From: Centroscyllium fabricii
Lineage: Eukaryota
NCBI GenBank assembly: GCA_051313645.2
Contig: JBNRSN020000166.1
Span: 744,001-808,000, forward strand
Length of the DNA: 64,000 nt
Direction: 5' to 3'
The notes below the pieces were generated by a model. The model searched no databases. It saw only the letters and a list, made by a program, of their open reading frames with translations, and had not been told where the DNA came from. Shown here piece after piece: positions 40,601 through 55,875 of the stretch. How positions within the stretch are numbered: the first letter of the stretch is position 1; the number at the start of each line of letters is the position of its first letter. The translations under genes were made by a program, and so were the position numbers.

Positions 40601-43600
40601 ATGTCTAATAACTGAAATCAGTGACAGTGTGTCTAATAACTGAAATCAGTGACTGTCTGTCTAATAACTGAAATCAGTGACTGTATGTCTAATAACTGAA
40701 ATCAGTGATTATGTCTAATAACTGAAATCAGTGACAGTGTCTAATAACTGAAATCAGTGACTGTATGTCTAATAACTGAAATCAGTGACTGTATGTCTAA
40801 TAACTGAAATCAGTGACTGTCTGTCTAATAACCAAACTAGTGACAGTGTGTCTAATAACAGAAATCAGTGACAGTGTGTCTAATAACAGAAATCAGTGAC
40901 TGTATGTCTAATAAGTGAAATCAGTGACTGTCTGTCCAATAACTGAAATCAGTGACTGTATGTCTAATAACTGAAATCAGTGACAGTGTGTCTAATGACT
41001 GAAATCAGTGACAGTGTGTCTAATAACTGAAATCAGTGACTGTATGTCTAATAACTGAAATCAGTGACTGTATGTCTAATAACTGAAATCAGTGACAGTG
41101 TGTCTAATAACTGAAATCCGTGACAGTGTGTCTAATAATTGAAATCAGTGACAGTGTGTCTAATAACTGAAATCAGTGACTGTATGTCTAATAACTGAAA
41201 TCAGTGACTGTGTGTCTAATAACTGAAATCAGTGACTGTGTGTCTAATAACCAATCTAGTGACAGTGTGTCTAATAACAGAAATCAGTGACAGTGTGTCT
41301 AATAACAGAAATCAGTGACTGTATGTCTAATAACTGAAATCAGTGACTGTATGTCTAATAACTGAAATCAGTGACTATGTCTAATAACTGAAATCAGTGA
41401 CAGTGTGTCTAATAACTGAAACCACTGACAGTGTGTCTAATAACAAAAATAGGGACAGTGTGTCTAATAACTGAAATCAGTGACAGTGTGTCTAATAACT
41501 GAAATCAGTGACTGTATGTCTAACAACTGAAATCAGTGACTGTATGTCTAATAACTGAAATCAGTGACAGTGTGTCTAATAACTGAAATCAGTGACTGTC
41601 TGTCTAATAACTGAAAAGAGTGACTGTATGTCTAATAACTGAAATCAGTGATTATGACTAATAACTGAAATCAGTGACAGTGTGTCTAATAACTGAAATC
41701 AGTGACTGTATGTCTAATTACTGAAATCAGTGACTGTATGTCTAATAACTGAAATCAGTGACTGTGTGTCTAATAACCAAACTAGTGACAGTGTGTCTAA
41801 TAACAGAAATCAGTGACAGTGTGTCTAATAACAGAAATCAGTGACTGTATGTCTAATAACTGAAATCAGTTACTCTCTGTCTAATAACTGAAACCACTGA
41901 CAGTGTGTCTAATAACAAAAATAGGGACAGTGTGTCTAATAAATGAAATCAGTGACAGTGTGTCTAATAACTGAAATCAGTGACTGTATGTCTAATAACT
42001 GAAATCAGTGACTGTATGTCTAATAACTGAAATCAGTGACAGTGTGTCTAATAACTGAAATCAGTGACTGTCTGTCTAATAACTGAAAAGAGTGACTGTA
42101 TGTCTAATAACTGAAATCAGTGATTATGACTAATAACTGAAATCAGTGACAGTGTGTCTAATAACTGAAATCAGTGACTGTATGTCTAATAACTGAAATC
42201 AGTGACTGTATGTCTAATAACTGAAATCAGTGACTGTGTGTCTAATAACCAAACTAGTGACAGTGTGTCTAATAACAGAAATCAGTGACAGTGTGTCTAA
42301 TAACAGAAATCATTGACTGTATGTCTAATAACTGAAATCAGTTACTGTCTGTCTAATAACTGAAATCAGTGACTGTATGTCTAATAACTGAAATCAGTGA
42401 CAGTGTGTCTAATGACTGAAATCAGTGACAGTGTGTCTAATAACTGAAATCAGTGACTGTATGTCTAATAACTGAAATCAGTGACTGTATGTCTAATAAC
42501 TGAAATCAGTGACAGTGTGTCTAATAACTGAAATCCGTGACAGTGTGTCTAATAACTGAAATCAGAACAGTGTGCCTAATAACTGAAATCAGTGACAGTA
42601 TGTCTAATAACTGAAATCAGTGACTGTATATCTAATAACTGAAATCAGTGACAGTGAATCTAATAACTGAAATCAGTGACAGTGTGTCCAATAACTGAAA
42701 TCAGTGACAGTGTGTCTAATAAATGAAATCAGTGAGAGTGTGTCTACTAATTGCAATCAGTGACAGTGTGTCAAATAACTGCAATCAGTGACAGTGTGTC
42801 TAATAACTGCAATCAGTGACAGTGTGTCTAATAACTGGTATCAGTGACAGTGTGTCTAATAACTGAAATCAGTGACAGTGTGTCTAATAACTGAAATCAG
42901 TGACAGTATGTCTAATAACTGAAATCAGTGACTGTATGTCTAATAACTGAAATCAGTGACTGTCTGTCTAATAACTGAAATCAGTGACTATGTCTAATAA
43001 CTGAAATCAGTGACTGTGTGTCTAATAACTGAAATCACTGACAGTGTGTCTAATAACAAAACTAGGGACAGTGTGTCTAATAACTGAAATCAGTGACAGT
43101 GTGTATAATAACTGAAATCAGTGACTGTATGTCTAATAACTGAAATCAGTGACTGTATGTCTAATAACTGAAATCAGTGACAGTGTGTCTAATAACTGAA
43201 ATCAGTGACTGTCTGTCTAATAACTGAAATCAGTGACTGTATGTCTAATAACTTAAATCAGTGATTATGTCTAATAACTGAAATCAGTGACAGTGTCTAA
43301 TAACTGAAATCAGTGACTGTATGTCTAATAACTGAAATCAGTGACTGTATGTCTAATAACTGAAATCAGTGACTGTCTGTCTAATAACCAAACTAGTGAC
43401 AGTGTGTCTAATAACAGAAATCAGTGACAGTGTGTCTAAGAACAGAAATCAGTGACTGTATGTCTAATAACTGAAATCAGTGACTGTCTGTCTAATAACT
43501 GAAATCAGTGACTGTATGTCTAATAACTGAAATCAGTGACAGTGTGTATAATGACTGAAATCAGTGACAGTGTGTCTAATAACTGAAATCAGTGACTGCA

Positions 43601-45450
43601 TGTCTAATAACTGAAATCAGTGACTGTATGTCTAATAACTGAAATCAGTGACAGTGTGTCTAATAACTGAAATCTGTGACAGTGTGTCTAATAACTGAAA
43701 TCATTGACAGTGTGTCTAATAACTTAAATCAGTGACTGTATGTCTAATAACTGAAATCAGTGACTGTATGTCTAATAACTGAAATCAGTGACTGTGTGTC
43801 TAATAACCAATCTAGTGACAGTGTGTCTAATAACATAAATCAGTGACAGTGTGTCTAATAACAGAAATCAGTGACTGTATGTCTAATAACTGAAATCAGT
43901 GACTGTCTGTCTAATAACTGAAATCAGTGACTGTATGTGTAATAACTGAAATCAGTGACAGTGTGTCTAATAACTGAAAACAGTGACAGTGTGTCTAATA
44001 ACTGAAATCAGTGACTGAATGTCTAATAACTGAAATCAGTGACTGTATGTCTAATAATTGAAATCAGTGACTGTATGTCTAATAACTGAAATCAGTGACT
44101 ATGTCTAATAAATGAAATCAGTGACAGTCTGTCTAATAACTGAAACCACTGACAGTGTGTCTAATAACAAAAATAGGGACAGTGTGTCTAATAACTGAAA
44201 TCAGTGACAGTGTGTCTAATAACTGAAATCAGTGACTGTATGTCTAATAACTGAAATCAGTGACTGTATGTCTAATAACTGAAATCAGTGACTGTGTGTC
44301 TAATAACTGAAATCAGTGACAGTCTGTCTAATAACTGAAAACAGTGACTGTATGTCTAATAACTGAAATCAGTGATTATGACTAATAACTGAAATCAGTG
44401 ACAGTGTGTCTAATAACTGAAATCAGTGACTGTGTGTCTAATAACTGAAATCAGTGACTGTATGTCTAATAACTGAAATCAGTGACTGTGTGTCTAATAA
44501 CCAAACTAGTGACAGTTTGTCTAATAACAGAAATCAGCGACAGTGTGTCTAATAACAGAAATCAGTGACTGTATGTCTAATAACTGAAATCAGTTACTGT
44601 CTGTCTAATAACTGAAATCAGTGACTGTATGTCTAATAACTGAAATCAGTGACAGTGTGTCTAATGACTGAAATCAGTGACAGTGTGTCTAATAACTGAA
44701 ATCAGTGACTGTATGTCTAATAACTGAAATCAGTGACTGTATGTCTAATAACTGAAATCAGTGACAGTGTGTCTAATAACTGAAATCCATCACAGTGTGT
44801 CTAATAACTGAAATCAGTGACAGTGTGTCTAATAACTGAAATCAGTGACAGTGTGTCTAATAACAAAACTAGTGACAGCGTGTCTAAAAACAGAAATCAG
44901 TGACAGTGTGTCTAATAACTGAAATCAGTGACAGTGTGTCTAATAACTGAAATCAGTGACTGTCTGTCTAATAGCTGAAATCAGTGACAGTGTGTCTAAT
45001 AACAAAACTAGTGACAGTGTGTCTAATAACAGAAATCAGTGACTGTATGTCTAATAACTGAAATCAGTGACAGTGTGTCTAATAACAGAAATCAGTGACA
45101 GTGTGTCTAATTACAAAACTAGGGACAGTGTGTCTAATAACTGAAATCCGTGACTGTGTGTCTAATAACTGAAATCAGTGACAGTGTGTCTAATAACAGA
45201 AATCAATGACTGTATGTCTAATAACTGAAATCAGTGACAGTGTGTCTAATAACAGAAATCAGTGACAGTGTGCCTAATAACTGAAATCAGTGACAGTGTG
45301 TCTAATAAAATAAATCAGTGACAGTGTGTCTAATAACTGAAATCAGTGACTGTATGTCTAATAACTGAAATCAGTGACAGTGTGTCTAATAACTGAAATC
45401 AGTGACAGTGTGTCTAATTACAAAACTAGGGACAGTGTGTCTAATAACTG
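26400..45450 (+). repeat. Dispersed duplication of about 5.6 kb (about 26400-32040 ~ 39835-45450), offset 13434 then 13406 bp
   Basis: aagagcaatctctg at 26451/39885 (+13434) and ccatcac at 31381/44787 (+13406). The 28-bp shift matches an extra monomer near 28230-28260 (gacaatggg) in the left copy. Confidence 0.8.
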
Positions 45451-48400
45451 ATATCAGTGACTGTGTGTCTAATAACTGCAATCAGTGACAGTGTGTCTAA
45501 TAACAGAAATCAGTGACTGTATATCTATTAACTGAATTCAGTGACAGTGTGTCTAATAACAGAAATCAGTGACAGTGTGCCTATTAACCGAAATCAATGA
45601 CAGTGTGTCTAATAACAGAAATCAGTGACAGTGTGTCTAATAACTGAAATCAGTGACTGTATATCTAATAACTGAAATCAGTTACAGTGTATCTAATTAC
45701 TGAAATCAGTGACAGTGTGTCCAATAACTGAAATCAGTGACAGTGTGTCTAATAACTGAAATCAGTGACAGTGTGTCTAATAATTGCAATCAATGACAGT
45801 GTGTCTAATAACTGCAATCAGTGACAGTGTGCCTAATAACTGCAATCAGTGACAGTGTGACTAATAACTGGTATCAGTGACAGTGTGTCTAATAACTGAA
45901 ATCAGTGACAGTGTGTCTAATAACTGAAATCAGTGACAGTATGTCTAATAACTGAAATCAGTGACTGTATGTCTAATAACTGAAATCAGTGACTGTATGT
46001 CTAATAACTGAAATCAGTGACTGTGTGTCTAATAACCAAACTAGTGACAGTTTGTCTAATAACAGAAATCAGCGACAGTGTGTCTAATAACAGAAATCAG
46101 TGACTGTATGTCTAATAACTGAAATCAGTTACTGTCTGTCTAATAACTGAAATCAGTGACTGTATGTCTAATAACTGAAATCAGTGACAGTGTGTCTAAT
46201 GACTGAAATCAGTGACAGTGTGTCTAATAACTGAAATCAGTGACTGTATGTCTAATAACTGAAATCAGTGACTGTATGTCTAATAACTGAAATCAGTGAC
46301 AGTGTGTCTAATAACTGAAATCCATCACAGTGTGTCTAATAACTGAAATCAGTGACAGTGTGTCTAATAACTGAAATCAGTGACAGTGTGTCTAATAACA
46401 AAACTAGTGACAGCGTGTCTAAAAACAGAAATCAGTGACAGTGTGTCTAATAACTGAAATCAGTGACAGTGTGTCTAATAACTGAAATCAGTGACTGTCT
46501 GTCTAATAGCTGAAATCAGTGACAGTGTGTCTAATAACAAAACTAGTGACAGTGTGTCTAATAACAGAAATCAGTGACTGTATGTCTAATAACTGAAATC
46601 AGTGACAGTGTGTCTAATAACAGAAATCAGTGACAGTGTGTCTAATTACAAAACTAGGGACTGTGTGTCTAATAACTGAAATCCGTGACTGTGTGTCTAA
46701 TAACTGAAATCAGTGACAGTGTGTCTAATAACAGAAATCAATGACTGTATGTCTAATAACTGAAATCAGTGACAGTGTGTCTAATAACAGAAATCAGTGA
46801 CAGTGTGCCTAATAACTGAAATCAGTGACAGTGTGTCTAATAAAATAAATCAGTGACAGTGTGTCTAATAACTGAAATCAGTGACTGTATGTCTAATAAC
46901 TGAAATCAGTGACAGTGTGTCTAATAACTGAAATCAGTGACAGTGTGTCTAATTACAAAACTAGGGACAGTGTGTCTAATAACTGATATCAGTGACTGTG
47001 TGTCTAATAACTGCAATCAGTGACAGTGTGTGTAATAACAGAAATCAGTGACTGTATATCTATTAACTGAATTCAGTGACAGTGTGTCTAATAACAGAAA
47101 TCAGTGACAGTGTGCCTATTAACCGAAATCAATGACAGTGTGTCTAATAACAGAAATCAGTGACAGTGTGTCTAATAACTGAAATCAGTGACTGTATATC
47201 TAATAACTGAAATCAGTTACAGTGTATCTAATTACTGAAATCAGTGACAGTGTGTCCAATAACTGAAATCAGTGACAGTGTGTCTAATAACTGAAATCAG
47301 TGACAGTGTGTCTAATAATTGCAATCAATGACAGTGTGTCTAATAACTGCAATCAGTGACAGTGTGCCTAATAACTGCAATCAGTGACAGTGTGACTAAT
47401 AACTGGTATCAGTGACAGTGTGTCTAATAACTGAAATCAGTGACTGTGTGTCTAATAACTGAAATCACTGACAGTGTGTCTAATAACAAAACTAGGGACA
47501 GTGTGTCTAATAACTGAAATCAGTGACAGTATGTCTAATAACTGAAATCAGTGACTGTATGTCTAATAACTGAAATCAGTGACTGTCTGTCTAATAACTG
47601 AAATCAGTGACTATGTCTAATAACTGAAATCAGTGACTGTGTGTCTAATAACTGAAATCACTGACAGTGTGTCTAATAACAAAACTAGGGACAGTGTGTC
47701 TAATAACTGAAATCAGTGACAGTGTGTATAATAACTGAAATCAGTGACTGTATGTCTAATAACTGAAATCAGTGACTGTATGTCTAATAACAGAAATCAG
47801 TGACAGTGTGTCTAATAACTGAAATCAGTGACTGTCTGTCTAATAACTGAAATCAGTGACTGTATGTCTAATAACTGAAATCAGTGATTATGTCTAATAA
47901 CTGAAATCAGTGACAGTGTCTAATAACTGAAATCAGTGACTGTATGTCTAATAACTGAAATCAGTGACTGTATGTCTAATAACTGAAATCAGTGACTGTC
48001 TGTCTAATAACCAAACTAGTGACAGTGTGTCTAATAACAGAAATCAGTGACAGTGTGTCTAATAACAGAAATCAGTGACTGTATGTCTAATAAATGAAAT
48101 CAGTGACTGTCTGTCTAATAACTGAAATCAGTGACTGTATGTCTAATAACTGAAATCAGTGACAGTGTGTATAATGACTGAAATCAGTGACAGTGTGTCT
48201 AATAACTGAAATCAGTGACAGCATGTCTAATAACTGAAATCAGTGACTGTATGTCTAATAACTGAAATCAATGACTGTGTGTCTAATAATTGCAATCAGT
48301 GACAGTGTGTCAAATAAGAGCAATCTCTGACAGTGTGTTTAATAACAGAAATCAGTGACTGTATATCTAATAACTGAATTCAGTGACAGTGTGTCTAATA

Positions 48401-51400
48401 ACAGAAATCAGTGACAGTGTGCCTAATAACTGAAATCAGTGACAGTGTGTCTAATAACAGAAATCAGTGACAGTATGTCTAATAACTGAAATCAGTGACT
48501 GTATATCTAATAACTGAAATCAGTGACAGTGTATCTAATAACTGAAATCAGTGACAGTGTGTCCAATAACTGAAACCAGTGACAGTGTGTCTAATAAATG
48601 AAATCAGTGACAGTGTGTCTACTAATTGCAATCAGTGACAGTGTGTCAAATAACTGCAATCAGTGACAGTGTGTCTAATAACTGCAATCAGTGACAGCGT
48701 GTCTAATAACTGGTATCAGTGACAGTGTGTCTAATAACTGAAATCAGTGACAGTGTGTCTAATAACTGAAATCAATGATAGTATGTCTAATAACTGAAAT
48801 CAGTGACTGTATGTCTAATAACTGAAATCAGTGACTGTCTGTCTAATAACTGAAATCAGTGACTATGTCTAATAACTGAAATCAGTGACAGTGTGTCTAA
48901 TAACTGAAATCACTGACAGTGTGTCTAATAACAAAACTAGGGACAGTGTGTCTAATAACTGAAATCAGTGACAGTGTGTATAATAACTGAAATCAGTGAC
49001 TGTATGTCTAATAACTGAAATCAGTGACTGTATGTCTAATAACTGAAATCAGTGACAGTGTGTCTAATAACTGAAATCAGTGACTGTCTGTCTAATAACT
49101 GAAATCAGTGACTGTATGTCTAATAACTGAAATCAGTGATTATGTCTAATAACTGAAATCAGTGACAGTGTCTAATAACTGAAATCAGTGACTGTATGTC
49201 TAATAACTGAAATCAGTGACTGTATGTCTAATAACTGAAATCAGTGACTGTCTGTCTAATAACCAAACTAGTGACAGTGTGTCTAATAACAGAAATCAGT
49301 GACAGTGTGTCTAATAACAGAAATCAGTGACTGTATGTCTAATAAGTGAAATCAGTGACTGTCTGTCCAATAACTGAAATCAGTGACTGTATGTCTAATA
49401 ACTGAAATCAGTGACAGTGTGTCTAATGACTGAAATCAGTGACAGTGTGTCTAATAACTGAAATCAGTGACTGTATGTCTAATAACTGAAATCAGTGACT
49501 GTATGTCTAATAACTGAAATCAGTGACAGTGTGTCTAATAACTGAAATCCGTGACAGTGTGTCTAATAATTGAAATCAGTGACAGTGTGTCTAATAACTG
49601 AAATCAGTGACTGTATGTCTAATAACTGAAATCAGTGACTGTATGTCTAATAACTGAAATCAGTGACTGTGTGTCTAATAACCAATCTAGTGACAGTGTG
49701 TCTAATAACAGAAATCAGTGACAGTGTGTCTAATAACAGAAATCAGTGACTGTATGTCTAATAACTGAAATCAGTGACTGTATGTCTAATAACTGAAATC
49801 AGTGACTATGTCTAATAACTGAAATCAGTGACAGTGTGTCTAATAACTGAAACCACTGACAGTGTGTCTAATAACAAAAATAGGGACAGTGTGTCTAATA
49901 ACTGAAATCAGTGACAGTGTGTCTAATAACTGAAATCAGTGACTGTATGTCTAACAACTGAAATCAGTGACTGTATGTCTAATAACTGAAATCAGTGACA
50001 GTGTGTCTAATAACTGAAATCAGTGACTGTCTGTCTAATAACTGAAAAGAGTGACTGTATGTCTAATAACTGAAATCAGTGATTATGACTAATAACTGAA
50101 ATCAGTGACAGTGTGTCTAATAACTGAAATCAGTGACTGTATGTCTAATTACTGAAATCAGTGACTGTATGTCTAATAACTGAAATCAGTGACTGTGTGT
50201 CTAATAACCAAACTAGTGACAGTGTGTCTAATAACAGAAATCAGTGACAGTGTGTCTAATAACAGAAATCAGTGACTGTATGTCTAATAACTGAAATCAG
50301 TTACTCTCTGTCTAATAACTGAAACCACTGACAGTGTGTCTAATAACAAAAATAGGGACAGTGTGTCTAATAACTGAAATCAGTGACAGTGTGTCTAATA
50401 ACTGAAATCAGTGACTGTATGTCTAATAACTGAAATCAGTGACTGTATGTCTAATAACTGAAATCAGTGACAGTGTGTCTAATAACTGAAATCAGTGACT
50501 GTCTGTCTAATAACTGAAAAGAGTGACTGTATGTCTAATAACTGAAATCAGTGATTATGACTAATAACTGAAATCAGTGACAGTGTGTCTAATAACTGAA
50601 ATCAGTGACTGTATGTCTAATAACTGAAATCAGTGACTGTATGTCTAATAACTGAAATCAGTGACTGTGTGTCTAATAACCAAACTAGTGACAGTGTGTC
50701 TAATAACAGAAATCAGTGACAGTGTGTCTAATAACAGAAATCATTGACTGTATGTCTAATAACTGAAATCAGTTACTGTCTGTCTAATAACTGAAATCAG
50801 TGACTGTATGTCTAATAACTGAAATCAGTGACAGTGTGTCTAATGACTGAAATCAGTGACAGTGTGTCTAATAACTGAAATCAGTGACTGTATGTCTAAT
50901 AACTGAAATCAGTGACTGTATGTCTAATAACTGAAATCAGTGACAGTGTGTCTAATAACTGAAATCCGTGACAGTGTGTCTAATAACTGAAATCAGAACA
51001 GTGTGCCTAATAACTGAAATCAGTGACAGTATGTCTAATAACTGAAATCAGTGACTGTATATCTAATAACTGAAATCAGTGACAGTGAATCTAATAACTG
51101 AAATCAGTGACAGTGTGTCCAATAACTGAAATCAGTGACAGTGTGTCTAATAAATGAAATCAGTGAGAGTGTGTCTACTAATTGCAATCAGTGACAGTGT
51201 GTCAAATAACTGCAATCAGTGACAGTGTGTCTAATAACTGCAATCAGTGACAGTGTGTCTAATAACTGGTATCAGTGACAGTGTGTCTAATAACTGAAAT
51301 CAGTGACAGTGTGTCTAATAACTGAAATCAGTGACAGTATGTCTAATAACTGAAATCAGTGACTGTATGTCTAATAACTGAAATCAGTGACTGTCTGTCT

Positions 51401-54400
51401 AATAACTGAAATCAGTGACTATGTCTAATAACTGAAATCAGTGACTGTGTGTCTAATAACTGAAATCACTGACAGTGTGTCTAATAACAAAACTAGGGAC
51501 AGTGTGTCTAATAACTGAAATCAGTGACAGTGTGTATAATAACTGAAATCAGTGACTGTATGTCTAATAACTGAAATCAGTGACTGTATGTCTAATAACT
51601 GAAATCAGTGACAGTGTGTCTAATAACTGAAATCAGTGACTGTCTGTCTAATAACTGAAATCAGTGACTGTATGTCTAATAACTTAAATCAGTGATTATG
51701 TCTAATAACTGAAATCAGTGACAGTGTCTAATAACTGAAATCAGTGACTGTATGTCTAATAACTGAAATCAGTGACTGTATGTCTAATAACTGAAATCAG
51801 TGACTGTCTGTCTAATAACCAAACTAGTGACAGTGTGTCTAATAACAGAAATCAGTGACAGTGTGTCTAAGAACAGAAATCAGTGACTGTATGTCTAATA
51901 ACTGAAATCAGTGACTGTCTGTCTAATAACTGAAATCAGTGACTGTATGTCTAATAACTGAAATCAGTGACAGTGTGTATAATGACTGAAATCAGTGACA
52001 GTGTGTCTAATAACTGAAATCAGTGACTGCATGTCTAATAACTGAAATCAGTGACTGTATGTCTAATAACTGAAATCAGTGACAGTGTGTCTAATAACTG
52101 AAATCTGTGACAGTGTGTCTAATAACTGAAATCATTGACAGTGTGTCTAATAACTTAAATCAGTGACTGTATGTCTAATAACTGAAATCAGTGACTGTAT
52201 GTCTAATAACTGAAATCAGTGACTGTGTGTCTAATAACCAATCTAGTGACAGTGTGTCTAATAACAGAAATCAGTGACAGTGTGTCTAATAACAGAAATC
52301 AGTGACTGTATGTCTAATAACTGAAATCAGTGACTGTCTGTCTAATAACTGAAATCAGTGACTGTATGTGTAATAACTGAAATCAGTGACAGTGTGTCTA
52401 ATAACTGAAAACAGTGACAGTGTGTCTAATAACTGAAATCAGTGACTGAATGTCTAATAACTGAAATCAGTGACTGTATGTCTAATAATTGAAATCAGTG
52501 ACTGTATGTCTAATAACTGAAATCAGTGACTATGTCTAATAAATGAAATCAGTGACAGTCTGTCTAATAACTGAAACCACTGACAGTGTGTCTAATAACA
52601 AAAATAGGGACAGTGTGTCTAATAACTGAAATCAGTGACAGTGTGTCTAATAACTGAAATCAGTGACTGTATGTCTAATAACTGAAATCAGTGACTGTAT
52701 GTCTAATAACAGAAATCAGTGACTGTGTGTCTAATAACTGAAATCAGTGACAGTCTGTCTAATAACTGAAAACAGTGACTGTATGTCTAATAACTGAAAT
52801 CAGTGATTATGACTAATAACTGAAATCAGTGACAGTGTGTCTAATAACTGAAATCAGTGACTGTGTGTCTAATAACTGAAATCAGTGACTGTATGTCTAA
52901 TAACTGAAATCAGTGACTGTGTGTCTAATAACCAAACTAGTGACAGTTTGTCTAATAACAGAAATCAGCGACAGTGTGTCTAATAACAGAAATCAGTGAC
53001 TGTATGTCTAATAACTGAAATCAGTTACTGTCTGTCTAATAACTGAAATCAGTGACTGTATGTCTAATAACTGAAATCAGTGACAGTGTGTCTAATGACT
53101 GAAATCAGTGACAGTGTGTCTAATAACTGAAATCAGTGACTGTATGTCTAATAACTGAAATCAGTGACTGTATGTCTAATAACTGAAATCAGTGACAGTG
53201 TGTCTAATAACTGAAATCCATCACAGTGTGTCTAATAACTAAAATCAGTGACAGTGTGTCTAATAACTGAAATCAGTGACAGTGTGTCTAATAACAAAAC
53301 TAGTGACAGCGTGTCTAAAAACAGAAATCAGTGACAGTGTGTCTAATAACTGAAATCAGTGACAGTGTGTCTAATAACTGAAATCAGTGACTGTCTGTCT
53401 AATAGCTGAAATCAGTGACAGTGTGTCTAATAACAAAACTAGTGACAGTGTGTCTAATAACAGAAATCAGTGACTGTATGTCTAATAACTGAAATCAGTG
53501 ACAGTGTGTCTAATAACAGAAATCAGTGACAGTGTGTCTAATTACAAAACTAGGGACAGTGTGTCTAATAACTGAAATCCGTGACTGTGTGTCTAATAAC
53601 TGAAATCAGTGACAGTGTGTCTAATAACAGAAATCAATGACTGTATGTCTAATAACTGAAATCAGTGACAGTGTGTCTAATAACAGAAATCAGTGACAGT
53701 GTGCCTAATAACTGAAATCAGTGACAGTGTGTCTAATAAAATAAATCAGTGACAGTGTGTCTAATAACTGAAATCAGTGACTGTATGTCTAATAACTGAA
53801 ATCAGTGACAGTGTGTCTAATAACTGAAATCAGTGACAGTGTGTCTAATTACAAAACTAGGGACAGTGTGTCTAATAACTGATATCAGTGACTGTGTGTC
53901 TAATAACTGCAATCAGTGACAGTGTGTCTAATAACAGAAATCAGTGACTGTATATCTATTAACTGAATTCAGTGACAGTGTGTCTAATAACAGAAATCAG
54001 TGACAGTGTGCCTATTAACCGAAATCAATGACAGTGTGTCTAATAACAGAAATCAGTGACAGTGTGTCTAATAACTGAAATCAGTGACTGTATATCTAAT
54101 AACTGAAATCAGTTACAGTGTATCTAATTACTGAAATCAGTGACAGTGTGTCCAATAACTGAAATCAGTGACAGTGTGTCTAATAACTGAAATCAGTGAC
54201 AGTGTGTCTAATAATTGCAATCAATGACAGTGTGTCTAATAACTGCAATCAGTGACAGTGTGCCTAATAACTGCAATCAGTGACAGTGTGACTAATAACT
54301 GGTATCAGTGACAGTGTGTCTAATAACTGAAATCAGTGACAGTGTGTCTAATAACTGAAATCAGTGACAGTATGTCTAATAACTGAAATCAGTGACTGTA

Positions 54401-55875
54401 TGTCTAATAACTGAAATCAGTGACTGTATGTCTAATAACTGAAATCAGTGACTGTGTGTCTAATAACCAAACTAGTGACAGTTTGTCTAATAACAGAAAT
54501 CAGCGACAGTGTGTCTAATAACAGAAATCAGTGACTGTATGTCTAATAACTGAAATCAGTTACTGTCTGTCTAATAACTGAAATCAGTGACTGTATGTCT
54601 AATAACTGAAATCAGTGACAGTGTGTCTAATGACTGAAATCAGTGACAGTGTGTCTAATAACTGAAATCAGTGACTGTATGTCTAATAACTGAAATCAGT
54701 GACTGTATGTCTAATAACTGAAATCAGTGACAGTGTGTCTAATAACTGAAATCCATCACAGTGTGTCTAATAACTGAAATCAGTGACAGTGTGTCTAATA
54801 ACTGAAATCAGTGACAGTGTGTCTAATAACAAAACTAGTGACAGCGTGTCTAAAAACAGAAATCAGTGACAGTGTGTCTAATAACTGAAATCAGTGACAG
54901 TGTGTCTAATAACTGAAATCAGTGACTGTCTGTCTAATAGCTGAAATCAGTGACAGTGTGTCTAATAACAAAACTAGTGACAGTGTGTCTAATAACAGAA
55001 ATCAGTGACTGTATGTCTAATAACTGAAATCAGTGACAGTGTGTCTAATAACAGAAATCAGTGACAGTGTGTCTAATTACAAAACTAGGGACTGTGTGTC
55101 TAATAACTGAAATCCGTGACTGTGTGTCTAATAACTGAAATCAGTGACAGTGTGTCTAATAACAGAAATCAATGACTGTATGTCTAATAACTGAAATCAG
55201 TGACAGTGTGTCTAATAACAGAAATCAGTGACAGTGTGCCTAATAACTGAAATCAGTGACAGTGTGTCTAATAAAATAAATCAGTGACAGTGTGTCTAAT
55301 AACTGAAATCAGTGACTGTATGTCTAATAACTGAAATCAGTGACAGTGTGTCTAATAACTGAAATCAGTGACAGTGTGTCTAATTACAAAACTAGGGACA
55401 GTGTGTCTAATAACTGATATCAGTGACTGTGTGTCTAATAACTGCAATCAGTGACAGTGTGTCTAATAACAGAAATCAGTGACTGTATATCTATTAACTG
55501 AATTCAGTGACAGTGTGTCTAATAACAGAAATCAGTGACAGTGTGCCTATTAACCGAAATCAATGACAGTGTGTCTAATAACAGAAATCAGTGACAGTGT
55601 GTCTAATAACTGAAATCAGTGACTGTATATCTAATAACTGAAATCAGTTACAGTGTATCTAATTACTGAAATCAGTGACAGTGTGTCCAATAACTGAAAT
55701 CAGTGACAGTGTGTCTAATAACTGAAATCAGTGACAGTGTGTCTAATAATTGCAATCAATGACAGTGTGTCTAATAACTGCAATCAGTGACAGTGTGCCT
55801 AATAACTGCAATCAGTGACAGTGTGACTAATAACTGGTATCAGTGACAGTGTGTCTAATAACTGAAATCAGTGAC
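38990..55875 (+). repeat. Near-identical tandem duplication, period 8431 bp (38990-47444 ~ 47421-55875)
   Basis: Markers at +8431: gacagCatg (39791/48222), aagagcaatc (39885/48316), agtgaGagtg (42731/51162), ctaaGaaca (43440/51871). About six substitutions were noticed by eye, near 41212, 41943, 43836, 44280, 44810 and 47032. Confidence 0.93.
44450..47430 (+). repeat. Nested tandem duplication, period 1535 bp (55 monomers: 50 of 28 bp plus 5 of 27 bp), repeated again at about 52880-55930
   Basis: gacagTttg (44516/46051) and atCCATCacag (44787/46322) are offset by 1535. Five 27-bp AAACTAG units per period account for 55x28-5=1535. Confidence 0.88.
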
